From NCBI RefSeq assembly GCF_001194135.2, contig NC_068985.1:58377616-58412558 (forward strand): a DNA stretch of 34,943 bases, written 5' to 3'. The notes under the pieces were generated by a model. That model saw only the letters and a list, made by a program, of their open reading frames with translations, had not been told where the DNA came from and searched no databases. Positions within the stretch are counted from its first letter, which is position 1; each line of letters opens with the position of its first letter. Source of the DNA: Octopus bimaculoides (taxonomy: Eukaryota). Made by a program: the position numbers and the translations under genes. Below are positions 23,201 to 34,943 of the stretch, piece by piece.

Positions 23201-23614
23201 NNNNNNNNNNNNNNNNNNNNNNNNNNNNNNNNNNNNNNNNNNNNNNNNNNNNNNNNNNNNNNNNNNNNNNNNNNNNNNNNNNNNNNNNNNNNNNNNNNNN
23301 NNNNNNNNNNNNNNNNNNNNNNNNNNNNNNNNNNNNNNNNNNNNNNNNNNNNNNNNNNNNNNNNNNNNNNNNNNNNNNNNNNNNNNNNNNNNNNNNNNNN
23401 NNNNNNNNNNNNNNNNNNNNNNNNNNNNNNNNNNNNNNNNNNNNNNNNNNNNNNNNNNNNNNNNNNNNNNNNNNNNNNNNNNNNNNNNNNNNNNNNNNNN
23501 NNNNNNNNNNNNNNNNNNNNNNNNNNNNNNNNNNNNNNNNNNNNNNNNNNNNNNNNNNNNNNNNNNNNNNNNNNNNNNNNNNNNNNNNNNNNNNNNNNNN
23601 NNNNNNNNNNNNNN

Positions 23615-24045
23615 TATATATATATGGGTACAGGATTTCACCAGCTGTGCAAACAATATGAAATATGTAAACAAACGAGATAAATACGTGAACAACGAGA
23701 GGAAGAAAATGGAAAACGGGACAAGTAAACACAGAGAAAGAACACTTCAATTATCGATCGTCTATCTTCTCCTCAATTTGAACATTCAACGACAGTATGA
23801 GTCTTCAAAGACAGTTGCTCCCATAAATTCTAAAATGAAATCTAGGATTTCGGGAGGGTCAAAGTTCGGAACAAAGACAGGACAGTGGAGATATACAAGG
23901 AAACCGAACAAAAACATTTATGGACGGTCGTTAGTCCAGAACGAGAGGAATATATTGAATGCTAAGAGAAATATTTTCTTTGATAAGAGAAAAGAAAGCT
24001 GGTCGCATGAGGGAAAGAAGATGGACGATGGTCAGGTGTGAGCAA
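23615..24045. mobile_element. Short interspersed repeat (probable PLE-derived terminus), copy A
   Basis: Its first ~175 bp (GGGTACAGGA...CACCA.CTGTGCAA.CAA.ATGAAATA.GTAAA...GACAAGTAAACACAGAGAA...CATTCAACGACA.TATGAGT) recur in inverted orientation at 24258-24425. Confidence 0.6.
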
Positions 24046-24257
24046 CGAGAGAGAGAGAGAGAGAGAGAGTGAGAGAGAAAAGAGAAAGAGGGGAGAGAAA
24101 GAGAAGATAGAAAGTGGTGTAAGAGGGAGGAGTATAAAAGGGAATTAAAGAAGAATGGAGGAAGAAAACGATATAGGGTAGAGTCATATCAAAAAAGTGA
24201 AGATGAACTTACACTTGGAAATGGATGCGTTAGAATTATGGGCGCAACCGTTTTTGA

Positions 24258-24425
24258 AAACTCATATTGTCGTTGAATGCTCGAAATGAGGAGTAGAAAG
24301 AAAACTGCCAACTAACGATGGGTCCGTTCTCTGTGTTTACTTGTCGTGTTTTCCATTATTTCTTCGTTTTTTACGTATTTCATGTTGCTTGCACAGTTGG
24401 TGACGTCCTGTACCCGTATATGCAT
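24258..24425. mobile_element. Inverted partial copy B of the 23615 repeat
   Basis: Reverse complement aligns by eye with 23620-23795. It also ends against a (TA)n tract. Confidence 0.65.
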
Positions 24426-24439
24426 GTATATATATACGC

Positions 24440-24480
<41 letters not shown>

Positions 24481-24794
24481 NNNNNNNNNNNNNNNNNNNN
24501 NNNTAGATATAGATATAGATATGCAGGGCAGGGAATCGTCAATTAGTAATAAAATTACTATATATATATATATATATAATGTATTATTATCATTATTGTT
24601 ATTATTTATATCTATATATATAGAATCTATTATTATTATTTAATTCAACGCCACGCATCCATTTCTAAGTATATATATGTATATATATATATATACGTGT
24701 GTGTGTGTGTGTGTGTGTGTTTGTGTGTGTGAGTGTGTTTCTGTGTGTATGTGTGTGTGTGTATGTGTGTGTGTGTGTATGCATGTATATAAAT

Positions 24795-24990
24795 ATAAAA
24801 ATGGAACGGAAAAGAGAGACAAGAATTAGAAGGACAGGCAAACAAAAGCGAGTCATTCTTGGCTTTCTTTCGTTAGTCCTGTCTCAGAAGTCACCAATTT
24901 CCAGCAGTTACACTTGAGATGATTGGATCTAGTTGCCCCCCAAAAGTCTAAGCTAAGAGCATTATACCCCTTTGTAAGAAAGCTAGCAAA
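24795..24990. mobile_element. Diverged copy of the 5325 repeat family
   Basis: Shared blocks with 5330-5530, including CTAAGCTAAGAGCATTA vs CTAACCTAAGAGCATTA. Confidence 0.55.
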
Positions 24991-25118
24991 TATCTACGGC
25001 AACAAAGACAAAAAACAAACTAAGTAAAAAACTTGGAACATGGTACCCAATTACGAATACAAATAATAAGAAATAACAACAGGCGTTTTCAACTGAGAAG
25101 GAGTCAAATTGAGCTGGC

Positions 25119-25153
<35 letters not shown>

Positions 25154-26904
25154 CGCGTTGCCTATATCTGTCTGTATATGCGCGCATGTTTGTGTCGTGT
25201 TCGTTACAGTGATTGCGTATCGGTCATGTTTATTAATTTTGTTCTCCCCCAACGGTCATTGTGCAATGGTGGAAACCAATGAAATCATATACATACATAC
25301 AAGTATACATACACAAACACACACACGTATATTCATATGTATNNNNNNNNNNNNNNNNNNNNNNNNNNNNNNNNNNNNNNNNNNNNNNNNNNNNNNNNNN
25401 NNNNNNNNNNNNNNNNNNNNNNNNNNNNNNNNNNNNNNNNNNNNNNNNNNATATATATATATTATTCGATACATAAATTGGGAATGTGATAGAGAGAAAG
25501 CGTTCTAAATGAATATGTTTGTGACTATAGATTAGCATATATGTGTAACTGTGTGTTTTCTTCTGAATATGTGTGTGAACCACTTTTCCATTAATCAATA
25601 TTGAATATTTTAATACATTTTCAGGTTCTTCTTGAATTATCTACTAAACACTATTCGGGAAAAAAGTAAAAGACTTATAAATAATGAATCATTAAACACA
25701 CGGATGACACTGAAACGAATTCGTATAAAGGAGGAAATTTAAGGTAGAATACGAAACCATAATGCAGGAGAGACATATGTATCTGCATGTGTGTGCGTGT
25801 GTGCATCGTATGTGTGTGGTGTTATGTCATTAAATCTAATGCATTACATATAGTAGCGGTATGCAAATAAGGGGATTGGGATACATTCTCTCTTTCACAT
25901 GTCTAGAGCTACCAGACCGTATATTGAGATATTTCACCACTCATTACAACATATTGGCGTTGATCCTACTGTCAACCAATCATTTCTTATGCATTCAATG
26001 TCGCAGAGAAAAGATATTTATCGGAACGATTGAATAGATACAGCATCGTACGAAAACTCCAATTATCAGGAGATAGAGATATGCTATTACATGCTCTTAC
26101 ACTCGCATAATATATGTTTACAAATAGATATATGCATATATGTGTACGTACACACACATATAATGCAATTGGTACTAAAAACAACGTTAGGACCGGGTTA
26201 AAATAACCCTCAAAGTTGGTATACACTAAAGTATAACGCATAATTCATATTATTTAGATGTAATACTACATTACTGAACGCAACGTTGGATGTCTGTCAC
26301 CTATATAAATACACAGAATAGTAGGCAGCAACTTCGAAGTCACTGTCATCTCTCTTTATGCGAATGTTTATTATGCATGTATTCTATTGAAATACATTAG
26401 ACTACATGAAGCAAAATATCAATATTTTACACGGGTGTGTATATAAGTGTGCGTGTTTGTGTGTGCATGCATATGTGGGCTTACGTGCATGTAAATCTGT
26501 GTGCGTAATTATATATTACAAAATGACAGTTATATTGTCAATTTTATTGGTGTTCATTGTCTGGTGCTCATTTTATTTCCATATACGGTTTACCCAGAAG
26601 AGCAACGACAACACCGTATTTCTTTTAAGGGACATAGGGAAAAAGAGTATGATATTCTTTAACTATAGGACTAGTTGAATCGACACTGTAAATGCCAGGT
26701 GCCAGGTTTAAGTGAAAGATAATTTAAGGCTAAATCGTAAGATGATAAACTAATGTTCGAGAGTATTATATAACAATATGTCCTACAACTTTCGTTAACA
26801 AAGATTTGGTCAGCTGCCAAGTATCATGAAAACACTTCCTATTTTTACCTGTGAAGGTGTATGTATGCCTGTAAGACACACCTCATTTGCTTACATAAGC
26901 ATAC

Positions 26905-26956
<52 letters not shown>

Positions 26957-27310
26957 ATAAAATCTATTCCGTTAGGAACATAGCGTACAAAATGAAGCTC
27001 ATTAACTCATAGAATTACCAAATAACCGATAGTTTTCCAAGTCTAGGTTGCTTAGGCGTTCATCGTGTGTGAAAAATATAAAATTGATCAAATAGAGTCA
27101 AGAGGAATGAGTTCAGGTAGCTATTTTATAAACACTACACGTGCTTCGATATAGCATAGATTCACATATACAGAGGATTTATATTAAGCAACGGTTTACC
27201 TGTATAATGGGATCCAGTTCTATATATATAACTCTTAACTCTTTGAGAAAACATCTTGTTTCCAAATATTTTAACTGTTTCAAGTGATTTCTAAAACACA
27301 CGCACACACT

Positions 27311-27346
<36 letters not shown>

Positions 27347-27774
27347 TAGATAGATAGATAGATAGAGATAGAGATAGATAGATAAATATATACACACAGA
27401 TATGTATGCATATATATGTATCTATGTATATATATGTACATATATATANNNNNNNNNNNNNNNNNNNNNNNNNNNNNNNNNNNNNNNNNNNNNNNNNNNN
27501 NNNNNNNNNNNNNNNNNNNNNNNNNNNNNNNNNNNNNNNNNNNNNNNNNNNNNNNNNNNNNNNNNNNNNNNNNNNNNNNNNNNNNNNNNNNNNNNNNNNN
27601 NNNNNNNNNNNNNNNNNNNNNNNNNNNNNNNNNNNNNNNNNNNNNNNNNNNNNNNNNNNNNNNNNNNNNNNNNNNNNNNNNNNNNNNNNNNNNNNNNNNN
27701 NNNNNNNNNNNNNNNNNNNNNNNNNNNNNNNNNNNNNNNNNNNNNNNNNNNNNNNNNNNNNNNNNNNNNNNNNN

Positions 27775-27808
<34 letters not shown>

Positions 27809-27874
27809 TATGTGTATGTGTGTATTTCGATATGTGTATGAATGAATGTATCGATGCTTCTTTTTCTTAGTGTT

Positions 27875-29760
27875 TTATTTAAGTTCTTCTAAAAGTTCAA
27901 GCCGGTCAATAACAAAGAGAGAAAACTTTTTGAGTTAAGTGACTTGCTGGTGTTTGTAAATATGTGTCGAGATTTGGTGTTTTCGATGATCTGTCGATGT
28001 TCACACCCGAATGTGTTCGTCTATCCATGTAACGAATCTCAAATGGAGAATTTTTTAAATATCTTACAAATCTCTAATTGATCGGGTTTGGTGAATGTGC
28101 GTCAGTTGCTTTTGCTCTTTCTTCGAAAATGCTAGTATTTTTAGGTTTTTGTCCAAATTTGTTGGTACATAACCTAATGCATCTATGATGATAGGTACAA
28201 ATGAGAATTTATAGTCAGATTACGAGAGCTATAAATTCTACAAAAATGTGTCTCAAATTTTCTCTTTTCCCCGAACTTTTGTTTCTACATTTATATTGGT
28301 TGGACAGCTAACCTCAACAACAGTGCCTGAATTGTGTTCCGTCATCCGCAGAGCACTATCAGGTTTGTTACGTTTTAAATCAGTTGCTATTCTTATTTAA
28401 GTTTTCATCAGTATTCCTTTATTTAAAGAAAAATGTGAATATAAGCTGGTTCTGATATGACTTTCACGTATATGTCAGGGTAAGCCTTACCGCGAAGAGC
28501 ATTGTGAATATTCTTTGCAACTATACTATGCCTCAGATGCAGGTAGTATCTCGTAGGCATTTTGGGGCAGCTGCTGATGATGTGGAAGATATCTTCCATA
28601 TTGGCATAGCAGAGCCGACACTTTTCATTACAGCAAGGAGGTTTGGTGGTACGGTTGTCCTTCTTGTTTATCAGATACTTAATTGCTATCTACTGTTTCT
28701 GGATAGGAAGGTACATCCTTGTTGGTAGGATGTAATGTGTCTATCACAGGCCCAAGTAAGTCTACTCTTCCTCTTAATGATCTTGTTACGTTCTAGCTAA
28801 CGGGATACATACCAAAGTATTGCTTTTGCTGGTAGGATGTGCTTCTCCTCCAGCCTTCTTTGGATCACATTAGCAAGTTGTTTCCTCGGAGTGCCTGTAC
28901 ATTAGCTCCTCTCCAACGCTGAACATGTTGGTACTGTCACTGACACTGTAAACGTATTTTGAGATATATTCTTGAGATATGTTCAACTCCAGACTCCTTT
29001 CTTTCCTCCTGCTAGATCATTAGTTATTACACCGTTAGATTGGAGAAACATATTCAGGCAGCCTATGTATAATTTGTACATAACATTCAAGCATGTTATG
29101 GGCTTATAGCTTTTGGCCTCATGGGTCTCTTTGTTTTTAGATATAAGAGTAGTCCGTGGATTAATCACTCGTTCTAGTATATCTATTAAATTGATTTTGA
29201 AAAAGGGTCGCGAGAAATTCCTGGTAGAACGTGAGCTATATTGTACCAGTAGCTCATTATCAGATCTCTACAAGGATATTTTCTATTCGGCAGTTTCTTA
29301 TCAATCGTTAGCAGTGATTCACTGGCAGTGTTATACGATTTTGGTTGAAGCATTTACACAATACTAACTTATATCGTTTAACCTTGCTGTTCTTGTTTAC
29401 ATTCTAAATTCCACGCTAAAATGACTCCACTTCTACCTAGGGTGAAGCATTTACTGCCTTGATGATATCGCTTTTTATATTGCAACGTACAGCTTTTAAG
29501 TTTCGGGCAAAATTTTGGTTATCACTATTTAACGATAAAGAAAAATTTCATTTAACGTCTGTAGATCATGTTTGAGGGTAATCAGTTTGGTTGTGAATGT
29601 TTCTCGGCGGAAGTTCCTATACAATTTGGCGAATCTATCATGCAGTCGTAGCTGGTGGTTCGGGAACTCATTTTTAGCTTTGCATCATGTCGATGGCTTT
29701 TTTTTTGCCTAATCGTATCGGTATTGCTCTCTCATGCAGGACTTATGTATACAAGTAATG
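27875..29760 (-). mobile_element. R4/Dong-type RLE non-LTR retrotransposon, decayed and internally deleted
   Basis: Minus strand: EVESF*RGI*, KKLPNRKYPCRDLIMSYWY, RTTLISK..THEAKSYKPITCLNVMYKLY...AGGKKGVW (RT motifs 0-2, 29168-28983), CCHC knuckle CRLCYANMEDIFHIISSCPK (28620-28561) plus RYYLHLRH, RLE NKPD...VVEVSCP (28369-28302), FVPII..ALGYVP, C-terminus ICKIFKKFSI* (stop 28039-28041), 3' UTR to about 27875. Confidence 0.9.
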
Positions 29761-30027
29761 AAATCCTTCCTGAAATTTGATGCCAGCTGTGATTTTAGTA
29801 TAATATATTCCTCACATGCTTTTTGTGAGATGGTAAGCGGTTGCCATATGTCTGTGTACTGGTGCCTGCTTGTTACTGCTGCGTTCGTCTTTGTCGTGCT
29901 TCTTGTCGTTCACAGCTTCTTCGCAGAAAACAGTTAATGCATTGTTGATAGGATTATTATTATTTGTGCTTTTTAGCAGAGTGATTTTTGCTTGGTCGAG
30001 TGACACAGTCATTATCCCTTTCTTTGA

Positions 30028-30300
30028 GTTAATTTAAGTTCTTGCGAGGCTTCATCCCAGTCGCTAACAAATCGACAGGACTTTTGGAGTTAAAAAAATT
30101 CTCGGTGTTTGTAAATAAGTAGAGTGTGTGTGTTAGTTGAACAGTCGATACACACATCCAACAAGTGTGTTCATCTATTCACATAAGAATCTCAGATGGA
30201 GAATTTTTTTTTAAATGGTTAACAAATCTTCACTAGATTAGATTTCGAGAATCCGTGTGTTTCTTATGCTCTTTTTTCCGTTAAAACGAGTAGTACTTCT
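30028..30300 (-). mobile_element. Second, diverged 3' end of the same Dong-type subfamily
   Basis: Aligns by eye with 27875-28140: shared ATTTAAGTTCTT, ACTTTT.GAGTTAA, GGTGTTTGTAAATA, GTGTTC.TCTAT.CA, GAATCTCA.ATGGAGAATTTTTT and ACAAATCT. Confidence 0.75.
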
Positions 30301-30318
30301 TTTGTGAAAATTTAATGG

Positions 30319-30349
<31 letters not shown>

Positions 30350-31481
30350 TGTATGTGTATATGCATGTTTGTGTGTAGGCATGTATGAACTTATGTATGT
30401 GCGTATACATATGATCAAACAAAGATGCACTTTCATTAGCCTTTTATTTGTGTCTATCTTTCTTATTCCTTTTTATTCTCATTCATAGAAAATTATATTT
30501 CGTTATTTTGTTCTATTATTGATTTATCTTGTGTATCAGTTCTATTGATTGTTTTAAATATTAATTTTAATATTAATATAAGACCTATATTTTCCCACAT
30601 TATTTAGATAATTCTTTACTCAAACCATTTCGTTACTTGCATTGTTGTTCCTTATCGTCTTTTCTGCTGAATTACTAGAAACTGATATCACTGTATTATT
30701 TTAGTTCACTTCATATATCATCCATCCATAACGTTCCGAATATTTGTTATAACTTTTTACCTGTTCTTTTAATGGCTTCTAATAGTTTCATCTACCTACC
30801 CAAAAGCAAATTCGATTTTTGATTATCCTTCTTATTGCTAGGTTATACGCACTTGAACTGCGTTATTTAACGGTTAGCTATTTTGATGAAATTGCCATTG
30901 TCTACATACAAACACCACACATTTGCACACATAAGAAGTGCACGTATCTAAATATGTATGCATATCGAAAAATTTCTATTTGGAACCAATACTCAAAACT
31001 CCATGTAAACACATGTATATCCAGATCATATTTTTTTTTTTTGGTATCAAAAAAAAAAATATATATTTACGAAAGCTGTAATAACATAGTTTACATAATC
31101 TTCACACGTTTCACTGTGGTTGCAATTGTTACGCAAACGATTGTCTAATCACAATGAAATGCCAGCTCTTCAGCAGAATATAGTAATTTGGTGCATTCTT
31201 ATTAATATTTACTAACTTCAGTTGATTAATACCGTCGACCAACTTCGATTGATAAATAATTAAGGATTAAATGATTACCTCCTTCTGAAGACCTGGAGTT
31301 TCAATTATACAATTGATTACGAAGCGATCACCGCACTACAAACAAATATTCATATATACCTACATACATACATACATACATACATACATACATGCATACA
31401 TACATACATACGTAAAGTTATCGCATTTATGATATACTAAAAAGACAAATCAATCTCCTGATTTATTCTAATCCCGGATGT

Positions 31482-31518
<37 letters not shown>

Positions 31519-31552
31519 CATCCGTTCGCGTGTGTGTGTGTCTATGTGTGTA

Positions 31553-31624
<72 letters not shown>

Positions 31625-33654
31625 ATATAGAGAGAGATTAACGGGAATCACGTCAGTTCATTCGAGTTGATCTGAATGAAATACTCGTTCAATAGGTATA
31701 GACAATGACTCAGAAGCTAGTCAGAACTAGAATTTTCAGTATATATGGATTAAAGAAATAGGATGAAAGGAATTTCAAGTCATCGCATGAAACTATGGAT
31801 TATTTGCTTGAAATTAATTAGGGCCTCAGGAGATTTTTGGCTACCTATACACATAGCTGATATTTTAGTCTAATTGGGTTTGACATTAGTAATAGATAAT
31901 GTATCAGAAAATATTTAGACATTCTGGTATTCATATAATACAGTCTACCGGCTGACAAAGAGAAGTACATTATATTTAATGCCTCAACCATAACTAACAA
32001 ATGATTCTCTAATGATACGCCTTCAAACATCCGTGTGTCCCTGCATACGTATATCGTAGACATGGTTTACTATTCGTTAATATGTATGAGTTATTAGATC
32101 TATTCTTATAATCATGCTTGTCAGACTCGATCTAATTGAAGGCTTTGCGTTATAGCGTTTCTATACTTACTCTCATATATGAACCTGTATATATATATAT
32201 ATACAGACAATTTAAATATAAATTCACATACATATCAATATACTAATACGAATACACATACATATCACACACATACATATCACACACATACACTTATATA
32301 TAGATACATGCTCATATATACATAGTACATAGGTATCAACATAAGAACTATGATTGTATATGAGTGTATATATGCTTATATGTGCATATATATACACTCA
32401 TAATCATCTGCACCTACACATACACACATAATACAACGTATAAATACACGTAAACAGACATACAACAATACAGATATTTACATACACATACATACATGCA
32501 TATATATATATATGAGGTAAGCTGTCCCATTCCAGACATCTAACCGATACTCTGTAAANNNNNNNNNNNNNNNNNNNNNNNNNNNNNNNNNNNNNNNNNN
32601 NNNNNNNNNNNNNNNNNNNNNNNNNNNNNNNNNNNNNNNNNNNNNNNNNNNNNNNNNNNNNNNNNNNNNNNNNNNNNNNNNNNNNNNNNNNNNNNNNNNN
32701 NNNNNNNNNNNNNNNNNNNNNNNNNNNNNNNNNNNNNNNNNNNNNNNNNNNNNNNNNNNNNNNNNNNNNNNNNNNNNNNNNNNNNNNNNNNTATATATAT
32801 ATATATACTGTTATTCTAATGCGCATATACATATGCATATATACGTAAATATATCTGTTTAATTTCAGGGATGGATATATAAAATTGTTAAAGAGGCAGG
32901 TGTGTTTGCATTTATATAGGTCTGTGTGTATATGATTTTAGTTCATATATATTAATAATCTACACATATGTAAGTGAGCATGAACATGTATGTAAGCCTA
33001 TTTGTATATACATATGCATATTTGTATGCACGTATATATATGTATGTGTGTGAGTGTGCGTGTGTGTAAATATATGTGTGTGTGTGTCTGTTTACGTGTA
33101 TTTATACGCTGTACATGTGTATGTAAATATTATTATATGAGTGTATATATGCATCTATATGCATATGCATACTCATATACACTTATATGCTTATATAGAT
33201 ATCTATGTACTACGTATATATATGAACATGTGTATATACAGAGGTGTATATGTGTGTATTTATATATATCTATATGTCTGTGTGTGTGTAATCCTATTCG
33301 TACATTTATATGCATGCGAATTTATATTTATATTTATATTGTCTGTATATATATATATATATATATATATNNNNNNNNNNNNNNNNNNNNNNNNNNNNNN
33401 NNNNNNNNNNNNNNNNNNNNNNNNNNNNNNNNNNNNNNNNNNNNNNNNNNNNNNNNNNNNNNNNNNNNNNNNNNNNNNNNNNNNNNNNNNNNNNNNNNNN
33501 NNNNNNNNNNNNNNNNNNNNNNNNNNNNNNNNNNNNNNNNNNNNNNNNNNNNNNNNNNNNNNNNNNNNNNNNNNNNNNNNNNNNNNNNNNNNNNNNNNNN
33601 NNNNNNNNNNNNNNNNNNNNNNNNNNNNNNNNNNNNNNNNNNNNNNNNNNNNAT

Positions 33655-33685
<31 letters not shown>

Positions 33686-33921
33686 TAGATATGCAGGGCA
33701 GGGAATCGTCAATTAGTAATAAAATTAATAATGAATTAACTAAAGGCAAGTTTTTTTTGCTCTTCTCTACTGTTTTTTGTTCTGTGTGTATCAAAAATAT
33801 CGCTATCAATCTAGAGTAATAATTTGTAGTTTGGAAATCAGTAGTTCTTTGACTGCTATTTCTGAATTCTCAGTATGTTGGAGAAGCAGGTTACTGTCAA
33901 TCCCTATATATTTATGATTAT

Positions 33922-33960
<39 letters not shown>

Positions 33961-33967
33961 TATACGC

Positions 33968-34009
<42 letters not shown>

Positions 34010-34456
34010 ACATATATCTGTATGTTGGCTAATGTCTCTCTCCATTTGGTATCAGCGTATGTTAATGGCTGCATTGATATGCAACTGTGCAGATGTGATT
34101 GTATATTTCTTAGTACATTCCTGCTTATATGTACGTGTCTTTATGTATGTGTGACTATTGTCTTCAGTGTCATCTATTGAAATATTATACGTGCAAAGGT
34201 CCTTCGACCATTTAACCGTATTTGAAAGTAACTTCTATTCAGGACGATCTGTTGGTCTAATATTTATATCTCCAGGTGTCTGCTCACTTTTCAATTCTTG
34301 TATATTATATTATATTTTGATATGTATAATTTATTTAATTTAACTACTTTACTTTATATTCTGACTATTTTCCCTCTTATACTAATATTAAGGTCAGTCA
34401 ATTCCTTAAACTTTCATCCAGCAACTATATGATAAAAATATATTTACTTTTTATAT

Positions 34457-34532
34457 TTATCGTGTTTAATCGCTAATTGTCGATGTAATCGACAATTATC
34501 GTGTTTAATTGTTAAATGTCGATGTAATCGAC
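34457..34532. repeat. Two-copy 39-bp tandem repeat, each copy containing a hairpin
   Basis: TTATCGTGTTTAAT.G.TAA.TGTCGATGTAATCGAC at 34457-34493 and 34496-34532. Confidence 0.85.
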
Positions 34533-34580
34533 TTAATGCCATCCCCCAAATGCGAGGCCTTGTGCTTTCAGTGGAAAAGT

Positions 34581-34598
34581 TTATTATTATCATTGTTA

Positions 34599-34664
<66 letters not shown>
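34581..34664. repeat. (ATT/TAA)n microsatellite abutting the Dong 3' end
   Basis: Directly visible. Confidence 0.95.
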
Positions 34665-34666
<2 letters not shown>

Positions 34667-34943
34667 TTATGTTTGACTTTTGTTTTGCATTTGTACAAGT
34701 TGGATCCAAGTCTCACCCAGAGACCTCAAGAGACAACAAGTTAGAAGTTCATGTAGGTGTTATGCCTAGGGTACCATATATTTGGATTTGTACAGTTTTG
34801 TTCAAGTGAATGTTTAAGAAACCATAAGAAAATTATGTTTGCTTTAAAATTTGAGATCACATAGACAGTATTTTACGTAGGATATGGGCAGTTCCCATGA
34901 GCACTATCTTTTGGACTTCAGCCATTTTGGGGTTTCCTGGTAT
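34665..34943 (-). mobile_element. 3' end of an R4/Dong LINE (ORF C-terminus and 3' UTR); continues past the right edge
   Basis: Minus frame 34943-34857 reads IPGNPKMAEVQKIVLMGTAHILRKILSM*, the characteristic R4/Dong C-terminus (Q...L.GTA.ILR..L). About 190 bp of 3' UTR runs directly into (TAA)n. Confidence 0.9.

Larger units (their letters stand above)
3658..33652. other. Nine assembly gaps (span shown is first to last)
   Basis: N runs at 3658-3896, 19025-19774, 21202-21211, 23201-23614, 24481-24503, 25343-25450, 27449-27774, 32559-32791 and 33371-33652. Most adjoin TA-rich microsatellites. Confidence 0.99.

Noticed and set aside
28582-28597. Perfect 16-bp palindrome TGGAAGATATCTTCCA
   Set aside because: It lies within the codons of the Dong CCHC knuckle (MEDIFH) and is most simply coincidental.
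30842-30872. 31-nt plus-strand micro-exon candidate (RLYALELRYLT)
   Set aside because: Good acceptor but mediocre donor (GTTAGC); no supporting partner exon.
232-34744. Most ORFs in the supplied track (poly-I/Y/L, CV, HT, YI, SL repeats and X-filled ORFs)
   Set aside because: They are translations of microsatellites or N gaps, with no protein-like complexity.
1-34943. CRISPR arrays, rRNA or bona fide tRNA genes, prokaryotic operons
   Set aside because: No regularly spaced repeat-spacer array or rRNA-like sequence. The tRNA-like segments are SINE heads without a full cloverleaf.

Overview
AT-rich eukaryotic non-coding DNA (intergenic or deep intronic). It is dense in microsatellites and has nine assembly gaps (about 2.4 kb of N), most flanked by (TA)n-rich tracts. 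I recognise no host gene, and most listed ORFs are microsatellite or N-run artefacts. The window is a patchwork of decayed transposable elements, read by hand translation: three Penelope-like (PLE) coding fragments (RT N-terminus, RT-thumb plus GIY-YIG, GIY-YIG), two RTE-clade LINE fragments, R4/Dong-type RLE LINEs of two subfamilies, a DD37D (maT-like) and a DD34D mariner remnant, a TIR-to-TIR hAT (hATm-like) deletion derivative and three SINE-type elements. The repeat families look cephalopod (Octopus-like); this is from recollection, not a database search. Most notable: (i) a 44-bp Dong 3' tail inside a (TAA)n array, identical to the tail of a longer Dong copy 34 kb away; (ii) minimal hammerhead-ribozyme-like motifs in short elements that run into (TA)n tracts; (iii) a head-to-tail, internally deleted Dong arrangement. 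I see no convincing evidence of a wholly new system. The best lead is microsatellite-associated, possibly ribozyme-bearing non-autonomous PLE termini.
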